Of a stretch of 46,083 bases of DNA, positions 11,971 through 24,290 are shown one piece after another. This stretch comes from Nemertoderma westbladi (taxonomy: Eukaryota > Animalia > Xenacoelomorpha), in the NCBI GenBank assembly GCA_032718475.1, contig JAUCBJ010001304.1:1-46083 (forward strand). The letters run 5' to 3'. The notes below the pieces were generated by a model. It had not been told where the DNA came from. It saw only the letters and a program-made list of their open reading frames with translations, and searched no databases. The position numbers and the translations under genes were made by a program. How positions within the stretch are numbered: the first letter of the stretch is position 1; every line of letters begins with the position of its first letter.

Positions 11971-12156
11971 ATTCATTAACAATTTATTTAAACATTCGTC
12001 AATATTTTCCTTCATATCCGAACAGGTTGTATCAAACATTGATCGTGAAACCTTGTTATCTAGAGACCTCTTATCTGCCTTTGTATCGAGTTCGGTTTGA
12101 ACAGGTTCTTTATCAGCTTTCTCGTCTTTTAGTTGGTCAAACAACTTATTAAGAAT
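11971..12156 (-). CDS. Exon 7 of 7 found, DUF4795-family (QRICH2/C16orf96-like) gene
   Basis: ILNKLFDQLKDEKADKEPVQTELDTKADKRSLDNKVSRSMFDTT... resembles the KADK..L..KVSR..FD motif of QRICH2/C16orf96. Acceptor ccacag, donor gtaagt, 186 bp, phase 0-0. Confidence 0.88.
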
Positions 12157-12932
12157 CTGTGGAATTGAAATTATTAATAATGACATATTGCAACTATAGG
12201 CCTGCAGATAATTATTAGGATACTCTATTACTTATTCATTTCCACACTACTCGTGCCATTTGTTTCCTGAGCGGGTCTCTTCCCACAGGATCTCAGTCGG
12301 CTCTGACAGTGTTGGAACAGTTTGGCAGCTCTTCCTGTCATGTCGCCACGCTCCTCCAGGGCAACCCTGATGAAGCCGTATGGAGCTTTATACCACGCGA
12401 TACATTCCAATGCAAATAATAATACATCATAATTACAAATTCTTCCGTGCTCTACAATTCGATACATTGATATACTAGCGTCCTCTGTCACCCCCACTTA
12501 TCGTCCTCTACTGTATACTGTATGATGGACTAAGAAACCCCACTAGAATTACAACGTTCACGCGCATTCTATCCCCACCTTTTTAGTGACATCCATGGAT
12601 TCGCCTAGCTACTTTTACTCCATTAAACATGTACACACAGCCTTGGATTAAAGAGGATTGTTACTCGGTTCACTGAAATTTGATCTAATAAGATTTTTCC
12701 GGACTCAGCTTTTGGTACATAATGACTCGGTTAAAATAAGAATGAAAACGTGACAATTTCGTAATGAATGGGGTATCGTGTTGCATTGAAATCTAATTAT
12801 GAATTCCAGCAAAGATTTTGTACATATTATCCTATAAATAAATATATATTATTATACATTTGGTTATCATATGCCTTCATAATATTGTAGCTACAAACAC
12901 ATTGATTGGGCGTGATTCGATTAGATTCTTAC

Positions 12933-13055
12933 CTCAATATCCTTTTTTCGATTTTTATTTTCATCTATGAGTTCGTTGGTTGTGGACAGTAATCCTTTAA
13001 ATTCGATGCCCAACTTCGCCAATTTCTCGCGAATAAACTCCAAAAGTTCTTTGTC
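12933..13055 (-). CDS. Exon 6 of 7 found, DUF4795-family gene (not in the ORF track)
   Basis: DKELLEFIREKLAKLGIEFKGLLSTTNELIDENKNRKKDIE resembles QRICH2 DEELL...TTSNLIEDHRQKQKDI as I recall it. Acceptor tttcccgaag, donor gtaaga, 123 bp, phase 0-0. Confidence 0.85.
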
Positions 13056-14839
13056 CTTCGGGAAAGCAAAATGTATTTTGTAATTAATAATTTATTAAGT
13101 CATTTTTGTTTTGACTAGATTGAAATCCAACATTGTACATGTTTTATTTTCAATTTCGCTTTCATTTCCAATACTTTTCCAAAGTTTCTACCGATGTGAT
13201 GTGTGGATTTCTAATGTAACAATGCAATGAAAATTACCGTGATATATTTACTTTCTGAACATATATAGTGAGCGACTGTGAATTGTAGCGCAAGATGAAA
13301 AGAAGAAGTAACCAGCTCTTCTTCCCAGATTGAAGCCGATGTTTCAAATTGACTTCTATACTCTATATATATACATATAACAATGCATATGATAATAATA
13401 ATATAATAATATTTACAATATATATAACATCCACACATATTTTTTGACATAAAGTGTTGGTGCTAGGACTAAATCTTGCACTCATTGCCAAAAAACACTA
13501 AATTTTGCACTCACTGCCAAAAAATACAAATGTGAAATGTCTAGATCCGTTTTGATATATTTCATCAACCCCGTAAATCAGAACCCGTAAATATAATGAT
13601 ACAATATTTGATGATTTGATTGATTTTCATACACAAACGATATAATTCAGTCAGTATAATTTTTGTCTGATCAAAACTGTCATAAAGTATATACATTTGT
13701 TAGTAGTATTCTGCGTGTACAATAACATCTATAGACAGTATATATCTTATAAGACCGTATATAAATTATTCACAATATTTGTGTTGCTAATTGACAATTA
13801 CTACAATGCAAACATAGAATGATTGCAAGCGTTAATGATTAATAACATGTATAAAACAGTCGAGAATGTAAAACATGCTAATTTATAGTGGAAATAGAAC
13901 ATTAATGTACAGTAATGCAGCAGCAGAAAGTGAATGAAAATGGGGCAATAAGTGATGTCCTAAGATCTAACCATAATTCGTCATAAAAATTCCTAATTCG
14001 GCGATTACCTGCTGTACGGCTAAGTGAGAATCTTTAATGATATGTAACATACGACTGTAAATATCCATGTTGTCAGGCGAAATAGCCATGTAATTTATTT
14101 GAAACGACATCCGTTGTTTCTCACCTTAATTCACTGTGATACTCTATTTCTAAGATACATCATAATCACTGTGACAATTACCATATTTATATCTATTCCT
14201 ACACCTAAAACCTACAAAATTTTATTTAGACTACGGTTTCCCTCTCAAGCATTCCATTTTATGGGAACCGAATCTAATCTAATGATACCATAAGATAATC
14301 CCAACTAATCATCTAAAAAATAACTCATTATAATATAAACTATAATGATGCTTCAGCAACAGCCTTATGCAAGCGTAAGCTTGGATTTGATTGTCAAAAC
14401 TCAAATGTATCAGGTTGTTTATCAGTGGGGGAAGACACTGCACCAGTCAACTTACCATTGTAATTTGACCAACGCCCAATCTCATTATAATGGCTAGTAA
14501 GGTTCTCCACACTTACTATTAAGAAATGGAACAAATATATAAATCTATCCTTTACATGTGTATTGAAATATGAAGTAGGAAGAGTTGCCTCTATATACTT
14601 CGCACAAGTCACTATCTTCTAGTAGTTCACACCAACTTTATGTGATTGAAATAATTGATCTAGAGCGCAAATTCCAAAGGGGCACATTGCACAAGAAGAT
14701 AATGTTGTTGGCCAATTCTCAAAAAAGCCATGTTGTAAAACATAGAGTATATAAAGTGTGTATTTATCTTTACATAGACATGCGCACCAAATTAGCTATG
14801 CGCAAACGTTGAGTAGATTGTGTTTAAGCAATAACCTAC

Positions 14840-15337
14840 CTGATTCAACAACAATCTCTGCTCATTACCAACACCATCTTTTAATTTAAATTCATCTGCA
14901 CAGGCAGAATTAGTACACTGATGCTGCATGCAACCCTGACCACTGCCATAAATGTCTTTTAGCAACGGTTTCTTGTTGTAAAGAACTGCGTTCGGTGTCA
15001 CTTCATTTGAAGTCAAAATATGTATTTCTGATGACTCATTCGGTGCAACGTTATCTGTCTTATGTAATTGTGGTAAAGGGAAGTGATTGGGATTCTTTGA
15101 CACAACATTCTCACTCAATCTTTGTCCTCTCGTTTCGATTTCGAGAAACTCATCTAACTGAGTAGGCCTACTACTTTTCAATTCTCGATCTAATGTGATG
15201 AAACTTTCTCGAAGTGACATAATGTCAGATTGTATATGTGCAATATACTTTTGGTATATATAATCTTCGTTCACAAGTGCTTGTTCATCCACTGCTGAGT
15301 TACCCTGAGTGATCGCAGTTTCAGATATGCATTGCAG
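14840..15337 (-). CDS. Exon 5 of 7 found (large, poorly conserved), DUF4795-family gene
   Basis: 498-bp open stretch in AT-rich DNA (LQCISETA...QRLLLNQ). Acceptor aataag, donor CAG|gtaggt, phase 0-0, compatible with both neighbours. No recognisable homology. Confidence 0.6.
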
Positions 15338-15920
15338 CTTATTGGGCAAAAATAGAATTGGAATTAGTACAATTATAGTAGTTGAACAAAGAGGCATAGT
15401 TGGAAATTATACTGTAGTACATACCACTCTCTTGAAATCAATAAAAATTTAATATTAAACGTTTTATGAAAAATATGCGGCCACAAAAATATAAGGCATT
15501 TTTGAAATATTTGTAAATTTTGTAAATTTGTTTCGTGTAACTGACAAATAGAATAGTAAAAATATGTATTAAAAGGGAGTTCGTGCAAATAGATAGATTA
15601 CAAACAATTATGATAGGTGAAATTATGATAATTTGTTTCAATTGTATCATTCAATAATAACATACTTTTCCCCCCTGGATTAGACACAGTTCAAAATAAA
15701 ATTATGAATAGATAAATAAGAAATAAATCATATTAGTATTAGTTATGTATTAATATTGATATGGTTACACTGCAAAATGTTAACTGATAATCATTATTCT
15801 TGAAAAATCAGTAGGTGCTTAGTTTCTTTAAACTTTGTTTTTAATATACATTTTGTATTATATTACTGACAATATATACCATACTGTATCACAACTTTAC
15901 CAAATCTGTGTATACCATAC

Positions 15921-16038
15921 CTTATCAATTTGATTTTGAAGGGATTCTAAAAGTTCTTTGAGATCATCTGGCAGAGATAATTTATCCAAATCTTCTTTAC
16001 TCGCTTTATTCAACATTTGTTCCTCAAGTGTACCAATC
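15921..16038 (-). CDS. Exon 4 of 7 found, DUF4795-family gene
   Basis: (R)IGTLEEQMLNKASKEDLDKLSLPDDLKELLESLQNQIDK. Acceptor cactag, donor AAG|gtatgg, 118 bp, phase 2-0. Confidence 0.78.
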
Positions 16039-16283
16039 CTAGTGAGCACAATTGATGGTATTATGGATTTGATGGGATTTACCCACAATCATTGATTACG
16101 GAATCCATGGGTACCGTCGATACAAACACAGATTTAGACTTTTCTAATCACTTTTGTGTTATTTCTGATTTATGAGATTGAGCTCGAGCTTAACTCAGAA
16201 GCTTAAACCAGGTTAAACTAGAGCATTGTGAAATATTTCAGGGTTTATAGATAATATTCAATGTGAGTTTATAAGGCACTAAC

Positions 16284-16371
16284 CGTCCCAGGGCATCCTT
16301 TTCAACGCAGTCACCAATTCGGGAAAGGAAATTCAACTCATCACTGGTGGGGCCCCTGCTCTTTACAGAAT
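16284..16371 (-). CDS. Exon 3 of 7 found, DUF4795-family gene (not in the ORF track)
   Basis: (D)SVKSRGPTSDELNFLSRIGDCVEKDALG(R). Acceptor ttttcaaaag, donor gttagt, 88 bp, phase 1-2, which bridges the phases of the flanking exons. Confidence 0.72.
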
Positions 16372-16555
16372 CTTTTGAAAATAGAAAAACATAATTATTA
16401 ACTATTATATTAACTTATATATATATTAATAAGATTACAATATTTCTCTAAGGAAATCTCTCCGTGCAATTTCATTTAATGTTGGCAATAAATGTGTTGG
16501 TGTAATAAAATTTTCCGAGTTCTAGTAACATTATATAATAATCTGTTTTAGCATA

Positions 16556-17407
16556 TTATTACTACTACTAGGTCAATGTAAACTCAGAGAGTGGAAATGA
16601 GATTCTTCCAGGCTTCGTGATTCTCCATAGTTGTCGCAATTTCGTTTCTCTCAAGTTCAGTATCCTTTTTAAGATGATATATATATATGTCATAGCCGGT
16701 CATCCACGACTACGCTTTCCATGAGTTGGTTGCCAGAAAAGTAGATCTGGTAAGACCTCGTCTTTACTCCACCAGCAGTGCCCACTGAATCTTAATCTGC
16801 GTTCATGGAGGGTAGTTGATACAGGCGGGATTGTACCATAAAGCTCGGCGTTTGTCGTGTGCTAACTCCAGCTGAAGTTTAGGGCTAGGGCTGCCCTTAG
16901 TAGTCTTGTGTAGCAACCATCAATTCGTTGTTCAAGTGATTTAGTCAGTGTCCAGGTCTCACCCCTGTAGGTAAAAAGTACACTTTCCACTCTGGCTCGA
17001 AAGAACTTAGTCTTCAGGTACCTGGAGAGATCTGATTTCCAGATGGTATCAATTTTTGAAAGAACTACCCAAGCCTTTGCTTTCCTAACTTCTATGTCCT
17101 TTTTGCTACTCTCTATCCATGATCCAAGGTACTGGAAGTCGTCAACCTTCCTTAGTTGATTATTATCAATGGTTGTCAAGTTTCCATCAACATTAAAATT
17201 CATGAATTCGGTCTTGGTAGTATTTATATGCAATCCAACCTCCTTAGCAGCCATCTCCACTTCATCTAGTAGAAGCTGTGCATCTGCTAGGGTATTAGAG
17301 AGCAGGGCGATGTCATCCACAAAGTCGGTGTCTGTGACTGTAGTTGCCGGATATCTTCTACTTCTGCGTTCTTGTAGTATGAATTCCAGATCTTCACCCT
17401 TTGTGGC
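16556..17407 (-). mobile_element. 5'-truncated RTE-group LINE (3' end of RT plus tail)
   Basis: DFVDDIALLS...DDFQYLGSWI...ETWTLTKSLEQRIDGCYTRLLR, then WQPTHGKRSRG, ending in a (TAG)n(TAA)n tail. 17040-17407 is a close reverse-complement match to 33138-33505. Confidence 0.9.
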
Positions 17408-18711
17408 ATATTACTATTTTTGTTATAACAACTCCCATCCCTACCCAATTAAACAATACGAATTTGTAATAAATTTTCCTTGAAACTTTGTGAAAGTCTT
17501 GAATGAAAGTGAAGGGAAAATGAGATATCTAAATAGATTAAACTATGTAAAGACGTTTGGCAGAGGAAAAACAACATTCAATAAACATAGAATAGTGGCT
17601 GAGTAATGCGAATGTATAACAACATTAAACATTTCTGCAATTTTCTTCCATAAATGCTTCATGCAAATTGGTGAGAAAAGTTAACAAGATCCACCCCCAG
17701 GAAACTCTTTGTTGGAACCCTTTGTAACCTTTTTTTCCAGCTCGTTTAAATTCATACTGTCGTTTACCCTATCGTGACATACACAATGACAAATTTATTA
17801 GTTTCCATCTAATTTGGGCAGAAGAGAGACAGCAATAATGGTTCGATACGTTAATTATAAGATTTATATCTTTGATAGGGAATTGATCCCTAAATTATTG
17901 TAGATTTGGTATAGTTACTTTCTAAGAATTTCTTTCTTATTTCTTTCATTTATATTATATATTTAATATTTTTTTTTCGAATGAGTTAAATACCAAATTA
18001 TTTTGAATTATCAGTAATATTTTTACATGATGTTTAGGCTGTTATATTGAAAATGTGTATTTCTTGTTCAAATTTTAACAATGAAATACAAGTCGACTGT
18101 ACAATACTGTAGTTACAGTATTCCAAAGACAACCATCAAATTTCCATCTGCTGGGAATAAGTTATCCATTATATTTGACGATTGTACCGTGAGAAGTTGG
18201 GTCATTAAGCAGTTGGGGTTTTGATAAGTCGTCTGGCCCGAATTTATCTAATGGTAATTTAACTGCATAATTGCCTCCCTGATATGGTATCCATATCCAT
18301 TAGAGTAAGGATGCATGAGAATGCGTTGGGTTGAGAATGTTCCTAACCTGAATTCACCCAACCAACATTAATTCGGGTAATACCCACTTGTAATCAAATG
18401 CAGTTACAACTTTAACTTAGCGTGCAGACATTCAGAAATTTGTATTTAGGTACCAGACATACCTATTTGTATAAAAAATTCAAAAAAATAAACGGACGCG
18501 AAGATAAAGGTTTTTTTAAATAATAAATGACAAAGACAAAATTTTGTATGGATTACAAATGTAGAATTACCTCAATTAAATTTGTATTATGGTTGATTTT
18601 AGTGTTGTATAATATGATGCATTGCATATATTATTAGGGTATGTAGTTGCAAAATTTTGGAGGTGTGTTAGTTGGTTTTCAGTATAATATAGAATATAAC
18701 TGTTGAGTTAC

Positions 18712-18865
18712 CTGTCACGTTTTGGTTGGATGAAGGTCCATCGTTTATACCAGTCTGACCTTTGAGAGCTTCATCCAATGGATGCCAACATACAATGGTT
18801 TCTGGGCGGGGAATACGTGATAGTTGATCCGCTAAGTTTCCTATTGTTTCATTGAGAGAGTCAAT
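18712..18865 (-). CDS. Exon 2 of 7 found, DUF4795-family gene
   Basis: IDSLNETIGNLADQLSRIPRPETIVCWHPLDEALKG... Acceptor atgcag, donor CAG|gtaact, 154 bp, phase 0-1. Confidence 0.72.
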
Positions 18866-19010
18866 CTGCATTTTTTGCATAAAACCAAATTAGTGACAAC
18901 AAAAAGTGACTAAAATTTATTAATTAGATCAACAAATTAATCTAAGATAATAATATATTTACAGGCAGAGAGAGGTGACACATAATACTGATGTTCTATA
19001 GTAATTTTTT

Positions 19011-19639
19011 ACAAATATTAAACAAACATTATCATTGTTACACAAATATTAACAAACATTATCATTGTTACACAAATATTAACAAACATTATCATTGTTA
19101 CACAAATATTAACAAACATTATCATTGTTACACAAATATTAACAAACATTATCATTGTTACACAAATATTAACAAACATTAACATTGTTACACAAATATT
19201 AACAAACATTATCATTGTTACACAAATATTAACAAACATTATCATTGTTACACAAATATTAACAAACATTATCATTGTTACACAAATATTAACAAACATT
19301 ATCATTGTTACACAAATATTAACAAACATTATCATTGTTACACAAATATTAACAAACATTATCATTGTTACACAAATATTAACAAACATTATCATTGTTA
19401 CACAAATATTAACAAACATTATCATTGTTACACAAATATTAACAAACATTATCATTGTTACACAAATATTAACAAACATTATCATTGTTACACAAATATT
19501 AACAAACATTTTCCTTGTTACACAAATATTAACAAACATTATCATTGTTACACAAATATTAACAAACATTATCATTGTTACACAAATATTAACAAACATT
19601 ATCCTTGTTACACAAATATTAACAAACATTATTATTGTT
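19011..19639. repeat. 30-bp intronic minisatellite, about 21 nearly perfect copies
   Basis: Unit acaaatattaacaaacattatcattgttac. Confidence 0.98.
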
Positions 19640-19668
19640 AGTCTTAATGTCTATATATACAATATTAC

Positions 19669-19836
19669 CTTGTTGTCGATTCTATTAGATTCTAACTTAT
19701 TCACTCTGTCAATCAGATTTGCATCATTTAACCCATTAATTATGGATTTAATGTTCTCAAATTCCTCATTCGTTGATTTTTGTTGCGATCGCAATTCTTC
19801 CATTTCTTTGAGCAAATCGTCCAGCAGATGCATTAC
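19669..19836 (-). CDS. Exon 1 of 7 found (internal exon), DUF4795-family gene
   Basis: VMHLLDDLLKEMEELRSQQK...DRVNKLESNRIDNK, coiled-coil-like. Acceptor ttttag, donor AAG|gtaata, 168 bp, phase 0-0. Confidence 0.78.
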
Positions 19837-22035
19837 CTAAAACATATTATGGGGAAAATAATTAATTAAAACTATATCGGAATTGAAGCTTTTGTCCCTA
19901 TTGTATTTGCGTCAATGTCAGAAATTGGGATGACAAAAGAACCCTCATCCCCCACCTTACTTACGGCGCAGAGTATTTTCAATTTCAGTAAAATGATGGA
20001 TTTTTCTGTTGGAGATGTCATGTGTTATCTTGGCTTTTATTTCGAATTGGGAAGGAAGTTGAATACAATACACCCATTGTTGTCTAATGTTATATTTTCT
20101 TGTAGCGGTATCAAAATACAAGTCGGAATAATGGTAATGGGCAATGGTAATTTTAAAAATACATTTTTAACTTCTTACTTAAACTTACTAACCCTCATTA
20201 TTGTTATGATACAACACACTTTATATATCCTGGAAATGGAACTCCTATCAATTGAAAATAAGTAATAAATGGAATAATCTTATTAGAAAGTAGACATGTT
20301 CTGATACACCACTCTACACAGTGTCTCTTCACTGTACACTCTTCACTTCACTCGTTCTGTGTAGTTTGTTAAGGTGATCAAATGATTCTTCAATAAATAA
20401 TTGATTTTCTGTTAATAGAGGGGAGGCAGCACTTTAGTTATATGTTCAAAGCTAGGGGTATCAGTGAAATACAGGGTGTCCCACAAAATTTGATGCTTTT
20501 TGCATTTTGATTTGGTCAGCTTTTATTAATGATTTTCAGTAAATATGGTGTCATTAGAAAGCAGGAAAGCACAATTTTTTGTAAATTGGTGATGAAATAT
20601 AAAATTTGGCATCCAACATGGATTGTTTTAATATTCTAATTTGATACATAAAAATAAAGACCATTGTACTCTACCAGGGTAATAAATAATAATAATATGG
20701 TCTTTTATTCCATAACTTGTGTGATTTATCGAAATAAATTGCACAAGGCAGCCTTGGCAGCGGAGTGCTAGGCTGATGGTTGGAAGAGGCGTCAATTTTG
20801 CGATTTTGGGCTCAGTCGTCGCCATCCTATTGTACTGTACAGTATTACAGTAGAACACAAAGTTGAATAACAATACATACATAGAACTAAATATAATTAA
20901 ATTAAAAATACTACAATAAAATAAAATAATGTACCTACATCACCTCCTCCCGACTACACCGTGTCAAAAAGATCTGCCTTAATTTTTTTTTGAAAAAGTT
21001 TAGTTTCCAGGCTTAAACTTTTATGTGGCAAGTTATTGCAATATTTGACAAGTGTGACTATAAGACTATGGTGGCCATAATTTGTTTTCGTTTTCGGTAT
21101 AATTAGCTTTCGTTTTCGGAATAATTACGTTAATTATTAAATGTTCTAATAGACCTCAACTCGAGATTGCGGTCCAGATACTTTTATGAGAGTCACGGAA
21201 GTTTTGGGGTATTTTATGTGGGTTCTCTTTCCCTGAAATACGACAGTTCCATCGGTTAACATGCCCTGAGAGATGAAATGTGGATTCATCTCTGAAAAAC
21301 ACATTTTCTGGTGATTTGTTGTTAGGAACAATGAAGCTATGGGATCCGCACCGTTTACTTGGTTATGAACGTCACTTGTACATAAACCATGTAATATCTG
21401 TAACTTGTATGTTTTAAATTTGTTATTTAATGACACATTGTGCGGTGCTTTTACTTAACCCAAGGGATGGTCAAGCCTGCCTTAGAGAAGTCTCTGGGTT
21501 GTCTATAAAATGAGACTCGATTTCATTTATCGCACTTTCGTCAAGCGATACCCGACTAGAACCAAATGTTTTCTAAATAGAATTTTCTCTGAGCTAAAGT
21601 TAATGATGACTTGATGTCAGTATTTTGTAGGATGGCGTTCCCCTGGGAATTGTGCAAATTGTAAGACAGTTCTACTCTGCGAACCACTTTTGAAAATGGT
21701 CGAAACTATGAGAACTTTTTGATCACCAGTTAACATGATTGAAACGTTAAGAAAAAGATGACCGCGATCAAACTGAACTAAAAACCTAAACCAAAACATT
21801 GACAACAACACTACATTTTCGAACGAGTATTTCCAGAACCTCTTTATGCGATGTAACAACATTTCTTTCGTGTTACAATTAATTGTAATAATTAGGCAAT
21901 AAAAACGCGAAATCTTCATGAATTTTATATGTATAGTTTTAAAAAACATGAAGATATTCCTTCTCTAAATTAAAGCAGTTTAAACAATTTAACAGAAAAA
22001 GAGACACTTATATGCGAGTGGGTTATATAAAGTAT

Positions 22036-22808
22036 TTATAGCTTCATCAAACCCATCACCGATTCAAAGGTTATCTTCTCTACGATGTGTTTTGTTTTTA
22101 TACTGTCGTCATGTTTACAGACTAGCACGTGCCGGTCTGAGTCTGTCCAGCGGTACCGGTCTATCCAGTATCCCAGATTGGCGACCCCCTGGGCAGTTTG
22201 ATTGATTGATTGATTTTTTTTTACAATGGTGGTAGAGCTGGCTAAAAAACGTACTGCACCGAACATAATTACTAACTGTAAGGGGACATGTCGTAAAATG
22301 TAAAACGGTGTCCACCGGTGTGTTTAGTAACTCACTGAGGGTCACCTTGTCTATGGTCTGGTAAGTTATACTGATTACTCGACAAATAAACCGCCGTATA
22401 GAATCCTCGAACCCGACGATATCAGCAACTAACTCGGCGCAATCCCGGAGACTCAACCAGAAACCGATGAAGTTACAAGTCTCTAAATCGTTGTGGAGTT
22501 TAAGTACCCTAGCATGCTAGCAACCATGGGGTGGTGCTGAGTAGCCTCGTCTATGAGACACTTACATAGCGTAAAGTCTGACGCAGGGAGGGCGGTGAGC
22601 GCTTTCAGTAGTATCTTCCGTAGCGTATCGGGTCTACTTATTCCGTTGAACTGTAAGAGTTTGAATAGCGCGAGGTTCGGTTCCACATCGTAGGCCGCCG
22701 GTTCCCGGGCCTGGAAGTCTACGTAGCTAACTAGCGGTTAGATGTTACCCGGGTTGTATCGTTCGATACCTACTAGCTGTTTCGCTATCTGTTTTTTTTG
22801 GATTCCAT
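22036..22808 (-). pseudogene. EIF3K: Eukaryotic translation initiation factor 3 subunit K, full-length intronless pseudogene
   Basis: GIERYNPGNI*...YDVEPNLALFKLLQFN...ILLKALTALPASDFTLCKCLID...LETCNFIGFW...GFEDSIRRFICRVISITYQTID...SIKTKHIVEKITFESV follows eIF3k end to end. Lesions: A8 frameshift at about 22795, TAA at 22738-40, 8-bp insertion at about 22515, 122-bp insertion, G5 frameshift at about 22187. Confidence 0.95.
22200..22321 (-). mobile_element. Short retroposon 3' fragment inserted in the eIF3k pseudogene
   Basis: Non-eIF3k segment ending A9(TCAA)n on the minus strand, flanked by AAAC on both sides (22322-25 and 22196-99). Confidence 0.65.
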
Positions 22809-23381
22809 TATACAGTTATAATATACTGATATAGCCTAATCTGATATTTCAGTAAACAGGTACGGTCTGATGGTAGCCTACCGTACACCTTATTTCTGTA
22901 TTTGGGTTATACTGATAGGTCTGTAGGTTGTTGTTCAGAATAATATTACTTTCCAGCTATCCAATGACACCATAATTACTGAATCTCATTAATATGAAGC
23001 TGCACAAATCAAAATACAAAAAGTATCAAATTTTGTGGGACACCCTGTATTTACTTACTTTACTTTAGTGAAATGTTCAAATATTTGTTTTTTAATTTTT
23101 TAATTTTCTATCCTAAACTACGGGATTGTTTGTTAATAAAGTTATTTGAATGCTAACATTCATTCCTAAATAACACCATTAGTATTCATCGCTAGCCGGC
23201 CCCGCAACGCAACACCACTCTCCACAGTTCGTGATCATCACACGTTACAGGAATATCAATGGCTGACCACAAAGTTTCCAAATATACACCGACCGGCTGT
23301 CATATGATATGATATTGGTAAATCTTCTGGAACAGGTACTGGTGCAGTATGCGTGGGACATTAGGCCTACAGATAAGATGC

Positions 23382-23802
23382 CTGGAACTTTACTAGATAT
23401 TTTATTATGGTAGCTAGTGTTTTTTTTTATTAGCTAGTATTTTTTTTAAATTTTAAAATTATTTTTTTTTTTTCGGATTTTCGTTATTGTAAGTGCTCTA
23501 GAACATTAGTAGCTCGTATTTATTAAGGTAGCTAGTGTTTTTTGTCGTTGTTTTTGGTTGGTTAACAAGATGCTTTTATAATTTCCCAATATACCGTATT
23601 ATCTAGCTAGTAAAAAAAAAAACACTATATAATACCTTTTAGTAGATAGTACATTGGTTACCTTAATAAATAATATTATATAAGATTAAAAAAATATTTT
23701 TTTAAATTGAAAAAATACTAGCTAGGTAATAAAAAAAATACTAGCTTGATATTAAAAAAAACAAACAACCTACCATTAAAAAAATATCTGCGAATGTTCC
23801 AG
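23382..23802. repeat. AT-rich imperfect foldback (MITE-like)
   Basis: ctggaactttactagatattttattatggtag pairs with ctaccattaaaaaaatatctgcgaatgttccag. The T-rich left half with agctagt motifs is mirrored by an A-rich right half with actagct. Confidence 0.6.
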
Positions 23803-24290
23803 AACATTCACTAATATAAAAAAAGACAAAAAAATCCCGCAAATTTGCTGTATACATACTATACTAGTACCGGTTATACATACATACTATATTAGTACTG
23901 TTGTAACTACCGGGTGGTGCCGGGTTTTGCTAATTCCCGGTTACTACCGAAATTGTACAATAACTAATTTTCTAAGTGAGTAATCTATTTATACCATCAA
24001 TCAACCAAGGATCTGGTGTCTGGTCTGCCGCATAGCAGCACAGACTCTACTGTTGCTCGGAATAAATTGAAGAACTAAGCATAAAAAGGTCCTTATGTGA
24101 CATTTTCTTAGAATCAGAGTTATACTACTACTAATTTTATTGCTGCTATTGGATTGAAACAAATACAAACAATAAAAAACACAAAACAAACAATGGCTGT
24201 AATACCCACCACCAGGAAACAATCATACTTTAAAAATAACTTTTAGGTAGGAGTGGGAAAAGTCCAACAATATATTATTTGCAGGTTTAT

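Larger units (their letters stand above)
20472..23047. mobile_element. Non-autonomous Tc1/mariner-type TIR element enclosing an eIF3k copy (candidate Pack-TIR)
   Basis: Left TIR 20472-20569 and right TIR 22949-23047 both begin CAGGGTGTCCCACAAAATTTGAT (first 23 bp identical, about 88% over 98 bp by eye). TA on both flanks (20470-71, 23048-49). No transposase ORF recognised. Confidence 0.85.

Noticed and set aside
12335-12415. Hammerhead-like core CTGATGA...CGATAC in a GC-richer intronic island (12226-12500)
   Set aside because: GAAA is GATA and I could not build stems I and III adjacent to the core. An Infernal search with hammerhead models on the family consensus would settle it.
14009-14515. 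Extra candidate exons 14009-14054 and 14456-14515, also 29053-29103
   Set aside because: Splice signals are plausible, but there is no homology, and the first two do not fit the phase 0-0 join between the accepted exons.
19018-19629. 203-aa ORF of MFVNICVTMI repeats, and similar ORFs at 30128-30896
   Set aside because: These are stop-free readings of minisatellites whose unit length is a multiple of three; the first lies inside an intron.
20955-21060. Second Tc1-like terminus TACACCGTGTCAAAAA inside the eIF3k element
   Set aside because: No matching opposite end was found, so no element could be delimited.
22036-22808. eIF3k as the functional host gene with an intron at 22200-22321
   Set aside because: It has a stop codon and three frameshifts, and the insert lacks GT-AG ends but has a tail and a target duplication.
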